Assembly (NCBI GenBank): GCA_963662545.2
Contig: CAXXLL010000002.1
Coordinates: 1,216,001-1,280,000, forward strand
Length of the DNA: 64,000 bases
DNA from: Gammaproteobacteria bacterium
Lineage (GTDB): Bacteria; Pseudomonadota; Gammaproteobacteria; Ga0077536
Reading direction: 5' to 3'
The number at the start of each line of letters is the position of its first letter. Position 1 is the stretch's first letter. The notes under the pieces are model-generated. The model worked only from the letters and a program-made list of their open reading frames with translations. It was not told the origin of the DNA and searched no databases. A program made the position numbers and the translations under genes. Shown here piece after piece: positions 51,401 to 59,625 of the stretch.

Positions 51401-51605
51401 CGTAATGACAGTGACAACCGTCATTTTCGGCTTGCTTCCAGTGATGCTGGGGAGCGGGACGGGTTCCGAAGTCATGCGCCGTATCGCAGCACCCATGGTC
51501 GGCGGCGTGGTCAGCGCGACGGTGTTGACCCTGTTGGTATTGCCTGCGATGTATTTGTTGTGGCGTCAGGCTGGGTTGCGGGGCACTGCAATGTTTAGCC
51601 CATGA
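48462..51605 (+). CDS. cusA: CusA/CzcA family heavy-metal efflux RND permease
   Basis: DAIPDLSDVQVII, NIMSLGGIAIAIG, EFMPDLDEGD, DPAPLTMIE, VMPIKNRIDML. Confidence 0.93.
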   Translation: MITSVIQWSLDNRVIVLLVSMILMAAGVFSILRTPLDAIPDLSDVQVIIKTPYPGQAPQVVEDQVTYPLTTAMLAVPRAISVRGYSFFGDSYVYVIFEDGTDLYWARSRVLEYLSQVAGELPESADPELGPDATGVGWVYQYALVDRSGRHNIADLTSLQNWFLRFELQSVPGVAEVATIGGMVRQYQVTVDPEKLRIFNLTLTEVRRAIVAGNQEVGGSVIELAEAEYMIRARGYVSSVEDLAAIPVGRLANGTPVMLDDIAIIEIGPQMRRGIGELNGEGEAVGGVIIMRWGENALATINAVKQRLEILKRSLPPGVEVVTTYDRSSLIERAVANLKEKLTEEFVVVALLCALFLLHLRSSLVIVLTLPLGILCAFIVMNLQGINANIMSLGGIAIAIGTMVDGAIVMLEAVHRRFEQSPPANAADRWRLVGEAARQVGPAIFYSLLIITVSFMPVFALEAQEGRLFKPLAFTKTYSMAAASILAITLVPVLMGYFVCGRILPEHKNPISAILRAVYRPLLTFTARHPLMVVIVCAAVSLTAVVPATRLGAEFMPDLDEGDILYMPSTFPGISIGKVRQVLQQTNKLIATVPEVDTVYGKAGRADSATDPAPLTMIESTIRLKPRAQWREGMTTKSIRAELDRIVQLPGILNIWVMPIKNRIDMLATGIKTPLGIKVAGPDLKTIAEIGEAIELALKEVPGTASVYAERVVGGRYIEIDVRREEAARFGMSVADVQDIVRSAIGGSVISESVEGLERYPINLRFPRDYRDSVKNLRNLPVVTSSGAQVRLARLASIDIVDGPPMIRSEDARLNGWIYVDITGRDLASYVEEAQRVVAAKVALPAGYSLGWSGQFQYMERAKERLRLIVPVTLAIIVIILFLAFRRAAEVCMVLLSVPLALSGGIWILYLLDYNLSIAVAVGFIALAGLAVETSVVMLVFLNESYESAISHSRQAGRAPTAEELRNAVKEGAILRLRPIVMTVTTVIFGLLPVMLGSGTGSEVMRRIAAPMVGGVVSATVLTLLVLPAMYLLWRQAGLRGTAMFSP

Positions 51606-51633
51606 GGCGCATCTTTTTGATAGGATTGCAGGC

Positions 51634-51729
51634 GGAAGAGCATCGTCTCCCGGTGGGGCGCCCGGACTTCAAATCCGGTGGAACGCGCGAAGGTGTGTTT
51701 GGTAGGTTCGACTCCTACCTCTTTCGCCA
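51634..51729 (+). tRNA. selC: tRNA-Sec (anticodon UCA)
   Basis: GGAAGAG...GGACTTCAAATCC...long variable arm...GTAGG-TTCGACT-CCTAC-CTCTTTC-GCCA; 6-bp D stem; strong similarity to E. coli selC. Confidence 0.93.
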
Positions 51730-52072
51730 CAAATACTTACAGACGTTTTCTGGAACCAAGACGGAAATTTGAGAGCGCCTGTGGGACATTTGAGGTCCTA
51801 AATCCGCTCCATTTAGCTTCGGCGCGTCTCGACCAAATACCAAGTTGGGCCCCAGAAATAGGGATTAAATGGATTCTTATTGTCCCGACCGTGATTCGTT
51901 TCAAAATGGGACATTTATCGGAAGCTAAGAGCCACTCAAAACCGCCTGTTTACGCCTATAAGCGAACCACCGGCACGTACCAGCAACTAAAGAAGACCCA
52001 TGTTATTAAGGCGCGGCGGGCCATAAGATCGACGGGTGCGCGCGCTTTCACGATTTCGAGGGTAGATCTCCC

Positions 52073-52192
52073 CGTGTTTAGTTAAATAAGTCAACTCCGG
52101 CACCCTAACCCACGTGTTTAGTTAAATAAGTCAACTCCGGCACCCTAACCCACGTGTTTAGTTAAATAAGTCAACTCCGGCACCCTAACCCA
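52073..52192 (-). repeat. Three perfect tandem 40-bp copies of the HUH element right end
   Basis: (CGTGTTTAGTTAAATAAGTCAACTCCGGCACCCTAACCCA)x3; preceded by sequence similar to the transposase 3' end (17465-17510). Confidence 0.92.
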
Positions 52193-52482
52193 ATGAGTAG
52201 CCCAGTCAGAGCAATCCCGGATAGTTTCTATGTTGTGGCTAGGGAACCCGGCGCAGAGCATCCCGCGTTGCCTACCTGGGCCAATGATGCGAAAAATCCG
52301 GCCGGCCTTGCCGTGGACCATACCGGCGTTGTTGATCGGCGCGAGGTCGATGCAGTACCGGGCGCCTTTCAGTTACTCAATGTCCTCTCGACATCGGAGT
52401 GTCAGCATCTAATTGAACCCCGATTATCCCCTTGACTAACGTACTCCAATCGTGTACGATCTCCTTACAGTAGGAGGACACG

Positions 52483-53340
52483 ATGAGCAAGCCACTGAGT
52501 ATTCAGCAATTTTTCAAGCATTTCCCGAACGATGACACCTGCCTGCAGCATCTGATGCTGAGCAAGTATGGCGAAACCCTTGATTGCCCGAAATGCGGCA
52601 AGCACGGCAAGTTTCACCGCATGAAGAAGGAACCTGCTTACGAATGCCAGTGGTGCGGACATCATCTTCACCCGATGGCGGGCACGATTTTCCACCGCTC
52701 TCACACGTCGCTCCAGAAGTGGTTCTACGCGATCTACCTGTTCACTACGACTCGGCATGGCGTGGCCGCCAAGGAATTGCAGCGCCAGTTGAGCGTGACC
52801 TATAAAACAGCGTGGCGCATGGCCCACCAGATCCGCAAGCTCATGGCGAAAGCCGACGGCGAGTGGCCGCTGAGCGGGACCGTCGAAGTGGACGAAACCT
52901 ACGTGGGCGGAAAGGTCAAGGGTAAGGGACGGGGCTACCGGGGCAACAAGGCCGTGGTATTCGGCATGATGGAGCGGGGCGGCGACGTGATGACCAAGGT
53001 CGTCCCAAACGTCCGCAAAAAGACCCTGCAGCCGATCATTAAGGCGAATGTCGAAGAAGGTAGCACCGTGCATACCGACGAGCTTAAGTCTTACAACGGG
53101 CTTGAGAAGGCCGGATACGACCATGAGACGGTTAATCACGGCGCTGGCGAATATGCGAAGGACGGCTGCCATGTAAACACGATGGAAGGCTATTGGGCGC
53201 GGCTCAAGCTTTCGATCCGCGGGACGCATGTCCATGTTTCCGGGAAGCACCTTGAGAAGTACGTGAAGGAGTTTGAGTACCGCTACAACCGCCGCCGGAA
53301 CCCCGAGCGGATGTTTGATCATCTGCTGGCAAGTCTTTAG
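52483..53340 (+). CDS. IS1595 family DDE transposase
   Basis: Zn ribbon CPKC..CQWC, VEVDETYVGG, VHTDE, HVNTMEGYW, EFEYRYN. Confidence 0.95.
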   Translation: MSKPLSIQQFFKHFPNDDTCLQHLMLSKYGETLDCPKCGKHGKFHRMKKEPAYECQWCGHHLHPMAGTIFHRSHTSLQKWFYAIYLFTTTRHGVAAKELQRQLSVTYKTAWRMAHQIRKLMAKADGEWPLSGTVEVDETYVGGKVKGKGRGYRGNKAVVFGMMERGGDVMTKVVPNVRKKTLQPIIKANVEEGSTVHTDELKSYNGLEKAGYDHETVNHGAGEYAKDGCHVNTMEGYWARLKLSIRGTHVHVSGKHLEKYVKEFEYRYNRRRNPERMFDHLLASL

Positions 53341-53461
53341 CGGCCAGATCCAGCACCTCCCAAAAGCGCGAGTTCGGCGGGCACGGATGCTCCTTGATGA
53401 ACTGATCGATCTTGCCCATCCGGCGGGCTTCCTCTAGGGACAACTCTTTCCCTCTGGACAT
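53204..53461 (-). CDS. Small hypothetical IS passenger protein
   Basis: MSRGKELSLEEARRMGKIDQFIKEHP; overlaps the transposase 3' end on the antisense strand. Confidence 0.5.
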   Translation of the reverse strand: MSRGKELSLEEARRMGKIDQFIKEHPCPPNSRFWEVLDLAAKDLPADDQTSARGSGGGCSGTQTPSRTSQGASRKHGHASRGSKA

Positions 53462-53474
53462 CGTTCTAAATTCC

Positions 53475-54047
53475 TTACCGGTGCGTTTCCCCGCGCGGCA
53501 TAATTACCCTAGGGCGCCTTGTTCGATGAAAGGCTTTCCGTTTGATACGAAGATATTCATACCAATCCAGAACGGATTTAGGCGAATCTATATCAATCGG
53601 AGACGGATAATCGTCATGTCCGTGCTCCTGCAGGAAAATCGTCAACTCGTCAACCGTATCTTGAGCCACCTCAGCCATATAGTCCGGGTTCCCTGGATGC
53701 GCCGCGTTTATCACTTGCGGTTTGTGCACCCTCTGGACGTACGCGTAGGTTTGCTCAACAGATTCACGAAGCATCTCATCTTCTTGAATCGCTATCATCT
53801 TGGCCAGCCGCCACAACGTTGCCCCACTAATCATTAAAACGATGATCGCCAAAACTGGCGGTAAGTATTCCGGGATCAAACTAACCACCGCGCGAGCCCA
53901 ATCCATCACCCACGCTGCTGCATAAGCGAGAGCAGAAAACACCCCTGCCGCGCTGAGCCCCAACCCAATGTAGTGCTCGGCAATTCGATCCATTACCCAT
54001 CGTGGGATCCCCCACAACAACTTTTCGGGCGCTTTTGATATCCCCAT
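53475..54047 (-). CDS. Hypothetical membrane protein (IS passenger)
   Basis: 190-aa ORF inside the TIRs with two hydrophobic segments. Confidence 0.65.
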   Translation of the reverse strand: MGISKAPEKLLWGIPRWVMDRIAEHYIGLGLSAAGVFSALAYAAAWVMDWARAVVSLIPEYLPPVLAIIVLMISGATLWRLAKMIAIQEDEMLRESVEQTYAYVQRVHKPQVINAAHPGNPDYMAEVAQDTVDELTIFLQEHGHDDYPSPIDIDSPKSVLDWYEYLRIKRKAFHRTRRPRVIMPRGETHR

Positions 54048-54964
54048 AGCGGGGAATCATCTCACTATCCACTTACGTTAGTCAAGGGGATAATCGGGAA
54101 TTGAACTGACTGAATCGCTCGGCTATTTACCCGATGCCGCGGTTTCGCTACCGCGTTCAATCCGTCACAACCACAACGTCACCTGGGTTGCCGACCAGCT
54201 GACAACCGACATCCTGTGGCAGCGCTGCGCGGACCTAATGACCGACGATCTCGGCCTGTTCTCGGGCAAACGCGCAATTGGACTGAACGCGCGTTTCCGC
54301 TTTTATCGCTATCGGCAAGGCGATTACTTCAAGCCCCATACTGACGGCGCGTGGCCGGGAAGCAAGGTCGTTGATAATGAACTGATCACCAATGCTTACA
54401 CGGACCGCTGGAGTCAGCTCTCTTTTATTGTGTTTCTTGGCGACGACTATACCGGGGGGCGCACCCAGTTCTACCTGAACAAAGACGATCCATTACAGCC
54501 CGCGCGCGATAGTGAGCCGGCCATTGTAATTAATGTCAGGACACCAGTCGGCGCCGTTCTGTGTTTCCCCCACGGCCTCCATCGCCTGCATTGCCTGCAT
54601 AGCTCCGAAGCAATCATTGGCGGAACGAAGTACATCATTCGTTCGGACGTTCTGTTCGAAATTTAGCCCCCGAAGGCATTTTTTCACCATCTGAGAGGCG
54701 TAATAAGAGACCGATCACGATTTCCTCGTGCACATATCTGCAAGCCACTCGATAGCGGTGGTTCATAGTATTCGGTGGCGCGAGCGTGACGGGCGGCGGC
54801 TCGCGGCGACCGGACACCCGGATACTTTCATCTGACCCCACCGACCGACGTCCCGCTTTACGCGGGAATTGGCGAAAAAAGGCGTTGTTCTTCCTACATT
54901 CGCACGGTAGCTTGGTACTTTCGTATTTACAGAATCAACATGCACATCTGCAAAGGGGGAGACC

Positions 54965-55405
54965 ATGACGATTGATGACCTCAATGATCTCGAAGCGATA
55001 CGCCAGCTTAAATCGCGTTACTTCCGGCTAATGGACACCCAACAGTTTGACCAGTGGCATACGTGCTTTACCGATGATGTGTCGGCGCTCTACGAGGGGG
55101 TACCACGTGCCGCCGATGACCTGCCCACGGATATTGAGATCCAGGGCTGCGCGGCACTGGTCGATGGGGTGCGCAGCCTGATGACCGGCGCACAGTCGAT
55201 ACATCAGGGCTATATGCCCGAGCTCGAACTAACCAGCGCCACGACGGCCAAGGGGATCTGGTCAATGTACGACTATGTGCGCCTGGCAACCTGCAACTTT
55301 CAGGGCTGGGGGCACTACCACGAGGAGTATGTGAAAGAAGGCGGCCAGTGGAAGATCAAGAAGATTCACCTGACCCGTTTGCATACCGAGGAGGAATGGC
55401 TCTAG
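54965..55405 (+). CDS. SnoaL-like / NTF2 family dehydratase-like protein
   Basis: LEAIRQLKSRYFRLMD, HQGYMPE, GWGHYHEEY. Confidence 0.88.
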   Translation: MTIDDLNDLEAIRQLKSRYFRLMDTQQFDQWHTCFTDDVSALYEGVPRAADDLPTDIEIQGCAALVDGVRSLMTGAQSIHQGYMPELELTSATTAKGIWSMYDYVRLATCNFQGWGHYHEEYVKEGGQWKIKKIHLTRLHTEEEWL

Positions 55406-55460
55406 CGTAAGAAGTCGTGTCGTCATTCCTACGACGAAAGTTTTCGCGCAAGCAGACGAA

Positions 55461-56180
55461 TCACGCTGCGTCGTGAAAAATAATTCCTAGCGCTCGCCTT
55501 AGTCCGGCGCGTAATTCACTGACGCCGTGACGGGTCTTGAGCCGGTAGTAACCGCGCGTTCCTTTGACCGGCCGTTCATTGACGGTAAACACCACGGCGT
55601 CACCCTGCGTGAGCGGCACCACGCGTACGCGGGACTGCGATCTTGGTTTTTGCTCGGTCAGAACGAATTCGCCGCCTTCGAAGTCTTGTCCCGGTCGATC
55701 GAGCAGCACGGTGATCTGCAGCGGAAAACTCGTCTCTCCGTAGAGGTCTTGGTGCAGTCGGTTGTAATCGCCGGTCCGGTAACGCAGGAGCAGCGGGGTC
55801 GGACGCCGTTGCTCGCGGGCGTGGCAGCGTTTGAGGAAACCGTCGTGATCCGTCGGATAGGGACGGGTGCGATGGATCTTCCGGGACCAGTCGTTGGCGA
55901 GGTCGACGAGGCGCTCGTACAGGCCCCGGCGCAGCGCCTCGACCAATGGCGGGAGCGGGTATGCGAAGTACTTGTACTCGCCTTCACCGAAACCAAACCG
56001 CTGCATGACGATGTGCGATCGAAAACTATCGTCCCGCTCAAACGCCGCCGCGATGTCACCGCATTCCCGGGCAGACATCAAACTTTCGAGTACCGAGTAT
56101 CCCTGTTGGTCCAGGCGGTTCAGGATGGGCTGCCAATCGTAACGCTCCAGGCGCGGAGCCCGCTCGTCGCCCGCCATCAT
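55461..56180 (-). CDS. 2OG-Fe(II) oxygenase (DUF2086-like)
   Basis: GEGEYKYF, PTPLLLRY, LHQDLYG, RHGVS, GIIFHDA; start overlaps the selD stop. Confidence 0.88.
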   Translation of the reverse strand: MMAGDERAPRLERYDWQPILNRLDQQGYSVLESLMSARECGDIAAAFERDDSFRSHIVMQRFGFGEGEYKYFAYPLPPLVEALRRGLYERLVDLANDWSRKIHRTRPYPTDHDGFLKRCHAREQRRPTPLLLRYRTGDYNRLHQDLYGETSFPLQITVLLDRPGQDFEGGEFVLTEQKPRSQSRVRVVPLTQGDAVVFTVNERPVKGTRGYYRLKTRHGVSELRAGLRRALGIIFHDAA

Positions 56181-58462
56181 GATCGTATCGCAATCGCCGC
56201 GCCGTTTTCCCTGGCGACGAACCGTCCGATCGCAATCGCCTGTGGATAACCGATGCGCCGGAGTTCGGCGACACACGCGTTCGCATTCGTCGCGGGAATG
56301 GCGGCGAGCAGTCCGCCTGAGGTTTGCGGATCGAAGCCCATGTCGAAATGCGGATGTTCGCGTGCGGCCTGGTCCACCTTGCAAGCTTCGGCCGCACTCA
56401 AGTTCTGCGGATGCAGTGTACTCAAGATGCCGCGATCCGCGAGTTCTATGGCGCCGGACAGCAGCGGTAGCGAACTCAATTCGAACTCCGTTGCAAGCGA
56501 ACGGTCGTTCAACATTTCGAGCAGGTGTCCGACGAGACCGAAACCGGTGACGTCGGTCAAAGCGGTGGCGCCGTGGTCGACCATGCAGCGCGCCGCGCCG
56601 CCGTTGGACAAGGTCATCATCATCAGCGCCTCGTCGATCCAGCGCGAACGCGCCTGCCCTTGCATCGCGCCCGCGAAAAGAATGCCGGTACCTAGCGGTT
56701 TAGCCAGAACCAGCACGTCGCCGACGCGGGCGCCGGATTTGCGCAGCAGACGGTTTTCGTCGGCATAGCCAATAACGGCGAACCCGAGCGAGAGTTCAGC
56801 CCCTTCGCCGGTATGTCCGCCGACCAGCGTGGTTTCTTCGGCCGCGAAAACTTCCAGCGCCCCGGACATCATGTGGACCAGGTCGTGGCGCATTTTCGAT
56901 TCCTTGGCCAGCGGCAGGGTTGCGACGGCAAGCGCCGACTGCGGTGTAGCGGCCATCGCGAAAATGTCACTGAGCGCGTGCGTTGCCGCCACCTTGCCAA
57001 ACATCCACGGGTCGTCGATGAAGCTGCGGAAAGCATCCACGGTTTGTACGGAGACCGTGCCCGGCGGCGTGCGGACGACTGCGGCATCGTCCGGTTTCGC
57101 CAGGCCGACGAGAATATCGGGCCCGTGACGGAGAGTGAGTTCGTCCAGGGCGTTGCGCAAAAGATCAGCGCCCAGCTTCGAGCCGCAGCCACCGCAGCGC
57201 ATGTCTTCAAACGTCGGGGTATCGCCGACACCGTTCGGCGACGGTGCGGTCGTGCGCATGGCCGGAAGATCGGTGAAGCGCCGCATGAAGCGGCGATCGA
57301 TCCAATCTTTCCACTGCCAGACCCAGCGGCCTTCGAACGCCCAGTTTCCGCGCGAGGCGATCGCGCGGCGCTCGCCTGTGGTGATCAGGCTGAGAAACTG
57401 GTGCTGCGGTGTGAACGACGTCAAACGAGAGCGCTGCAACGCGCGGCGCAGATTATTGGCCAGGGGAGGACCCTGCCGCACGGCGAATACGCCCGACTTG
57501 GGACGCGGATGGGGATCGACGCTTGCTACGTCTCCGGCCGCAAAGACACCGGCATGCGATACCGACTGCAGGGTATCGTCCACACGAATAAAGCCGTGTT
57601 CATCCGTTGCAAGCCCTGCTTCGCGCGGCCACGGCGGTGCGCTCGCGGCCGTAACCCAAAGTACTTCGTCGAGTGCAATGGTATCGCCCGTGTGCGTGCG
57701 CAAGGTGCCGGGCGTGACTTCGGTCACTTCGCAACCGAGCGACAAGGCCACGCCCGAGCTTTCCAGTACGTTGCGATACATGGCGCGGACGCGGGGGTTA
57801 TGTGTGGGGAGAATGTCGTCGCTCGCGGTGATCAGATGAAACTGGAGGCGTTCGAGATCCCCCGCGACGGCGCGCAGTTCCTGCAGCAGGTGATAACGCA
57901 CCGCCATCAGCAACTCGACCCCGCCGGCGCCGCCACCGACGACCCCGATCTTCAAGGCATCAGCGGTCGCCAGGACGCGTTCGCGCATGGCCTGCCAGCG
58001 TTCGTGAAAACTGCTGACCGGTTTGACGATAACGGTGTTCTCTTCGGAGCCCGGCGCGCTCGTCGACGGCGCCGAACCGGTATCGATGCTGAGCAGGTCG
58101 AAACTGACCGGCGGGCGATCGTTGCAGATCACCTTGCGGCTTTCGAGATTGAGCCCCGTAACCTCGTCATGCAGGAGGCGTGCGCCAGCGAAACGGGCGA
58201 GAGGGCCAAGATCGATATGCGCATCGTCGTAGCTGTAATGGCCCGCTATGTAAGCTGGAAGCATGCCGGAATAGGGCGTGTGCAAATCCCGGCTAATCAG
58301 GGTGATGCGCACGCCTTCAAAGGGCTTCATGCCGAAGCGGCGCATGACCTCGACATGGGCGTGGCCCCCGCCGATCAGGACCAAATCATGCGTGATGGGC
58401 GCTGCATTCATAAATGAAGGGATATTTCTGGCCGTCAGTTGCGAAGACTGGGTCGCGGACAT
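56177..58462 (-). CDS. selD: Selenide, water dikinase fused to an N-terminal pyridine nucleotide-disulfide oxidoreductase
   Basis: N-terminal GGGHAH, YSGMLP, GGGAGGVE; C-terminal MRCGGCGSK, DDAAV, LVGGHT, TDVTGFGL, DPQTSGGLL. Confidence 0.94.
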   Translation of the reverse strand: MSATQSSQLTARNIPSFMNAAPITHDLVLIGGGHAHVEVMRRFGMKPFEGVRITLISRDLHTPYSGMLPAYIAGHYSYDDAHIDLGPLARFAGARLLHDEVTGLNLESRKVICNDRPPVSFDLLSIDTGSAPSTSAPGSEENTVIVKPVSSFHERWQAMRERVLATADALKIGVVGGGAGGVELLMAVRYHLLQELRAVAGDLERLQFHLITASDDILPTHNPRVRAMYRNVLESSGVALSLGCEVTEVTPGTLRTHTGDTIALDEVLWVTAASAPPWPREAGLATDEHGFIRVDDTLQSVSHAGVFAAGDVASVDPHPRPKSGVFAVRQGPPLANNLRRALQRSRLTSFTPQHQFLSLITTGERRAIASRGNWAFEGRWVWQWKDWIDRRFMRRFTDLPAMRTTAPSPNGVGDTPTFEDMRCGGCGSKLGADLLRNALDELTLRHGPDILVGLAKPDDAAVVRTPPGTVSVQTVDAFRSFIDDPWMFGKVAATHALSDIFAMAATPQSALAVATLPLAKESKMRHDLVHMMSGALEVFAAEETTLVGGHTGEGAELSLGFAVIGYADENRLLRKSGARVGDVLVLAKPLGTGILFAGAMQGQARSRWIDEALMMMTLSNGGAARCMVDHGATALTDVTGFGLVGHLLEMLNDRSLATEFELSSLPLLSGAIELADRGILSTLHPQNLSAAEACKVDQAAREHPHFDMGFDPQTSGGLLAAIPATNANACVAELRRIGYPQAIAIGRFVARENGAAIAIRS

Positions 58463-58657
58463 TTATCTTGTATCGGATCCCGGGTGATCGAGCGGTCCGC
58501 AATGAACGCCTCGCGTTTTCTATTGTGCCACACCCCATCCGCTCCATTTCGAGTGGATTGTCACTTCGAAGAGGCCATTTGGCGCTGCTTGATCCGGGCG
58601 GAGACGGTCACTATCGTTAGATCGTGTAATTTGCGCTGAGAAAGAAGGAGCCCAACG

Positions 58658-59389
58658 ATGGCGAACCACAAGGTCGTATCGAGAGAAGAATGGTTGGAGG
58701 CCCGCCAGGAACACCTGAAGAAAGAAAAGGAGTTCACGCGTTTGCGCGACGAGGTGAGCCGCCACCGGCGCGACATGCCGTGGGTCAAGCTAGACAAGGA
58801 ATACTTGTTCGACACGGAGCGGGGCAAGCAGTCGTTGGCCGATCTCTTCGAAGACTGCAGTCAGCTCATCACCTACCATTTCATGTTTCATCCGGACTGG
58901 GAACAGGGCTGCAAGAGTTGCTCGTTCCTTGCCGACAGTTACGCCGGTTCGGCGGCGCACCTGAAGGCCCGCAATGTGTCGCTGGTCACGGTGTCCAAAG
59001 CATCTCTTGATCAGATCAATACATTCAGGACGCGTATGGGTTGGGACTTTCCTTGGGTCTCGTCGGGACCCAGCGATTTCAACCGGGACTTCCACGTGTC
59101 GTTTACCGAGGAAGAACTCGAGAACGCAAGCGCGTATTACAACTATCGCAAGATGGGCTTCCCCGAAGTCGAAGCGCCTGGGATCAGCGTGTTCTTCAAG
59201 GACGACGACGGCACGGTGTACCACACCTACTCATCGTACGGGCGCGGCCTCGATATGTTCATCACCACCTACCATCTGCTCGATATCGTGGCCAAGGGCC
59301 GTGACGAGCAAGACCTTCCTTATTCAATGGCGTGGATACGTCATCACGATAAGTACAACGACCCGAACGACAGCGGCTCGTTTCATTAG
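58658..59389 (+). CDS. DUF899 family thioredoxin-like protein
   Basis: VVSREEWLEAR, SQLITYHFMF, GCKSCSF, YHTYSSYGRG. Confidence 0.9.
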   Translation: MANHKVVSREEWLEARQEHLKKEKEFTRLRDEVSRHRRDMPWVKLDKEYLFDTERGKQSLADLFEDCSQLITYHFMFHPDWEQGCKSCSFLADSYAGSAAHLKARNVSLVTVSKASLDQINTFRTRMGWDFPWVSSGPSDFNRDFHVSFTEEELENASAYYNYRKMGFPEVEAPGISVFFKDDDGTVYHTYSSYGRGLDMFITTYHLLDIVAKGRDEQDLPYSMAWIRHHDKYNDPNDSGSFH

Positions 59390-59572
59390 GCGAGCCGGAA
59401 TAAAGGATTTAACACGGCTTTTCCCCGGCGAGCGCCCGTACAAGGATGTGCGGGCCGTGGCCGAACGAAGACCATTGAGTACCGCCAAGGATGGCAGGCA
59501 CCTACCTTCGACACTACTCCACCCTGGATTCAAACAAAGCCCACGACGAATCGCCAGGGACGGCAACTCCGG
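59387..59572 (-). repeat. Dispersed structured intergenic repeat, copy B
   Basis: Reverse complement similar to 2236-2410 (TAGGCGAGCCGGAA..., CGCCAAGGATGGCAGGCAC). Confidence 0.7.
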
Positions 59573-59625
59573 CTCCGAATTCCCGGCACCCGTAGGAGCC
59601 AGCAACCGGACGAAGGGGGAACGCC

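Larger units (their letters stand above)
52419..54098 (+). mobile_element. IS1595-family element with passenger genes (1680 bp)
   Basis: Perfect 25-bp TIR CCCGATTATCCCCTTGACTAACGTA; 8-bp target duplication AATTGAAC (52411-52418, 54099-54106). Confidence 0.93.
52193..54666 (+). pseudogene. 2OG-Fe(II) oxygenase interrupted by an IS1595-family element
   Basis: Removing 52419-54106 restores ECQHLIELTESLGY...RFYRYRQGDYFKPHTDG...H...KYIIRSDV. Confidence 0.88.

Noticed and set aside
51678-52085. 135-aa ORF (and 32599-33243)
   Set aside because: They start inside tRNA-Sec sequences and run through non-coding or antisense DNA
52073-52192. Possible CRISPR array
   Set aside because: Units are head to tail with no spacers, no cas genes are present, and the unit equals the transposase element end
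57160-57210. Sec-containing SelD
   Set aside because: The catalytic motif is encoded as CGGCGSK with no UGA
56813-58417. Long antisense ORFs (also 10598-11740, 43394-44350, 47467-48405, 52465-53322, 61652-62767)
   Set aside because: They shadow well-supported genes on the opposite strand in GC-rich DNA and have no recognisable motifs
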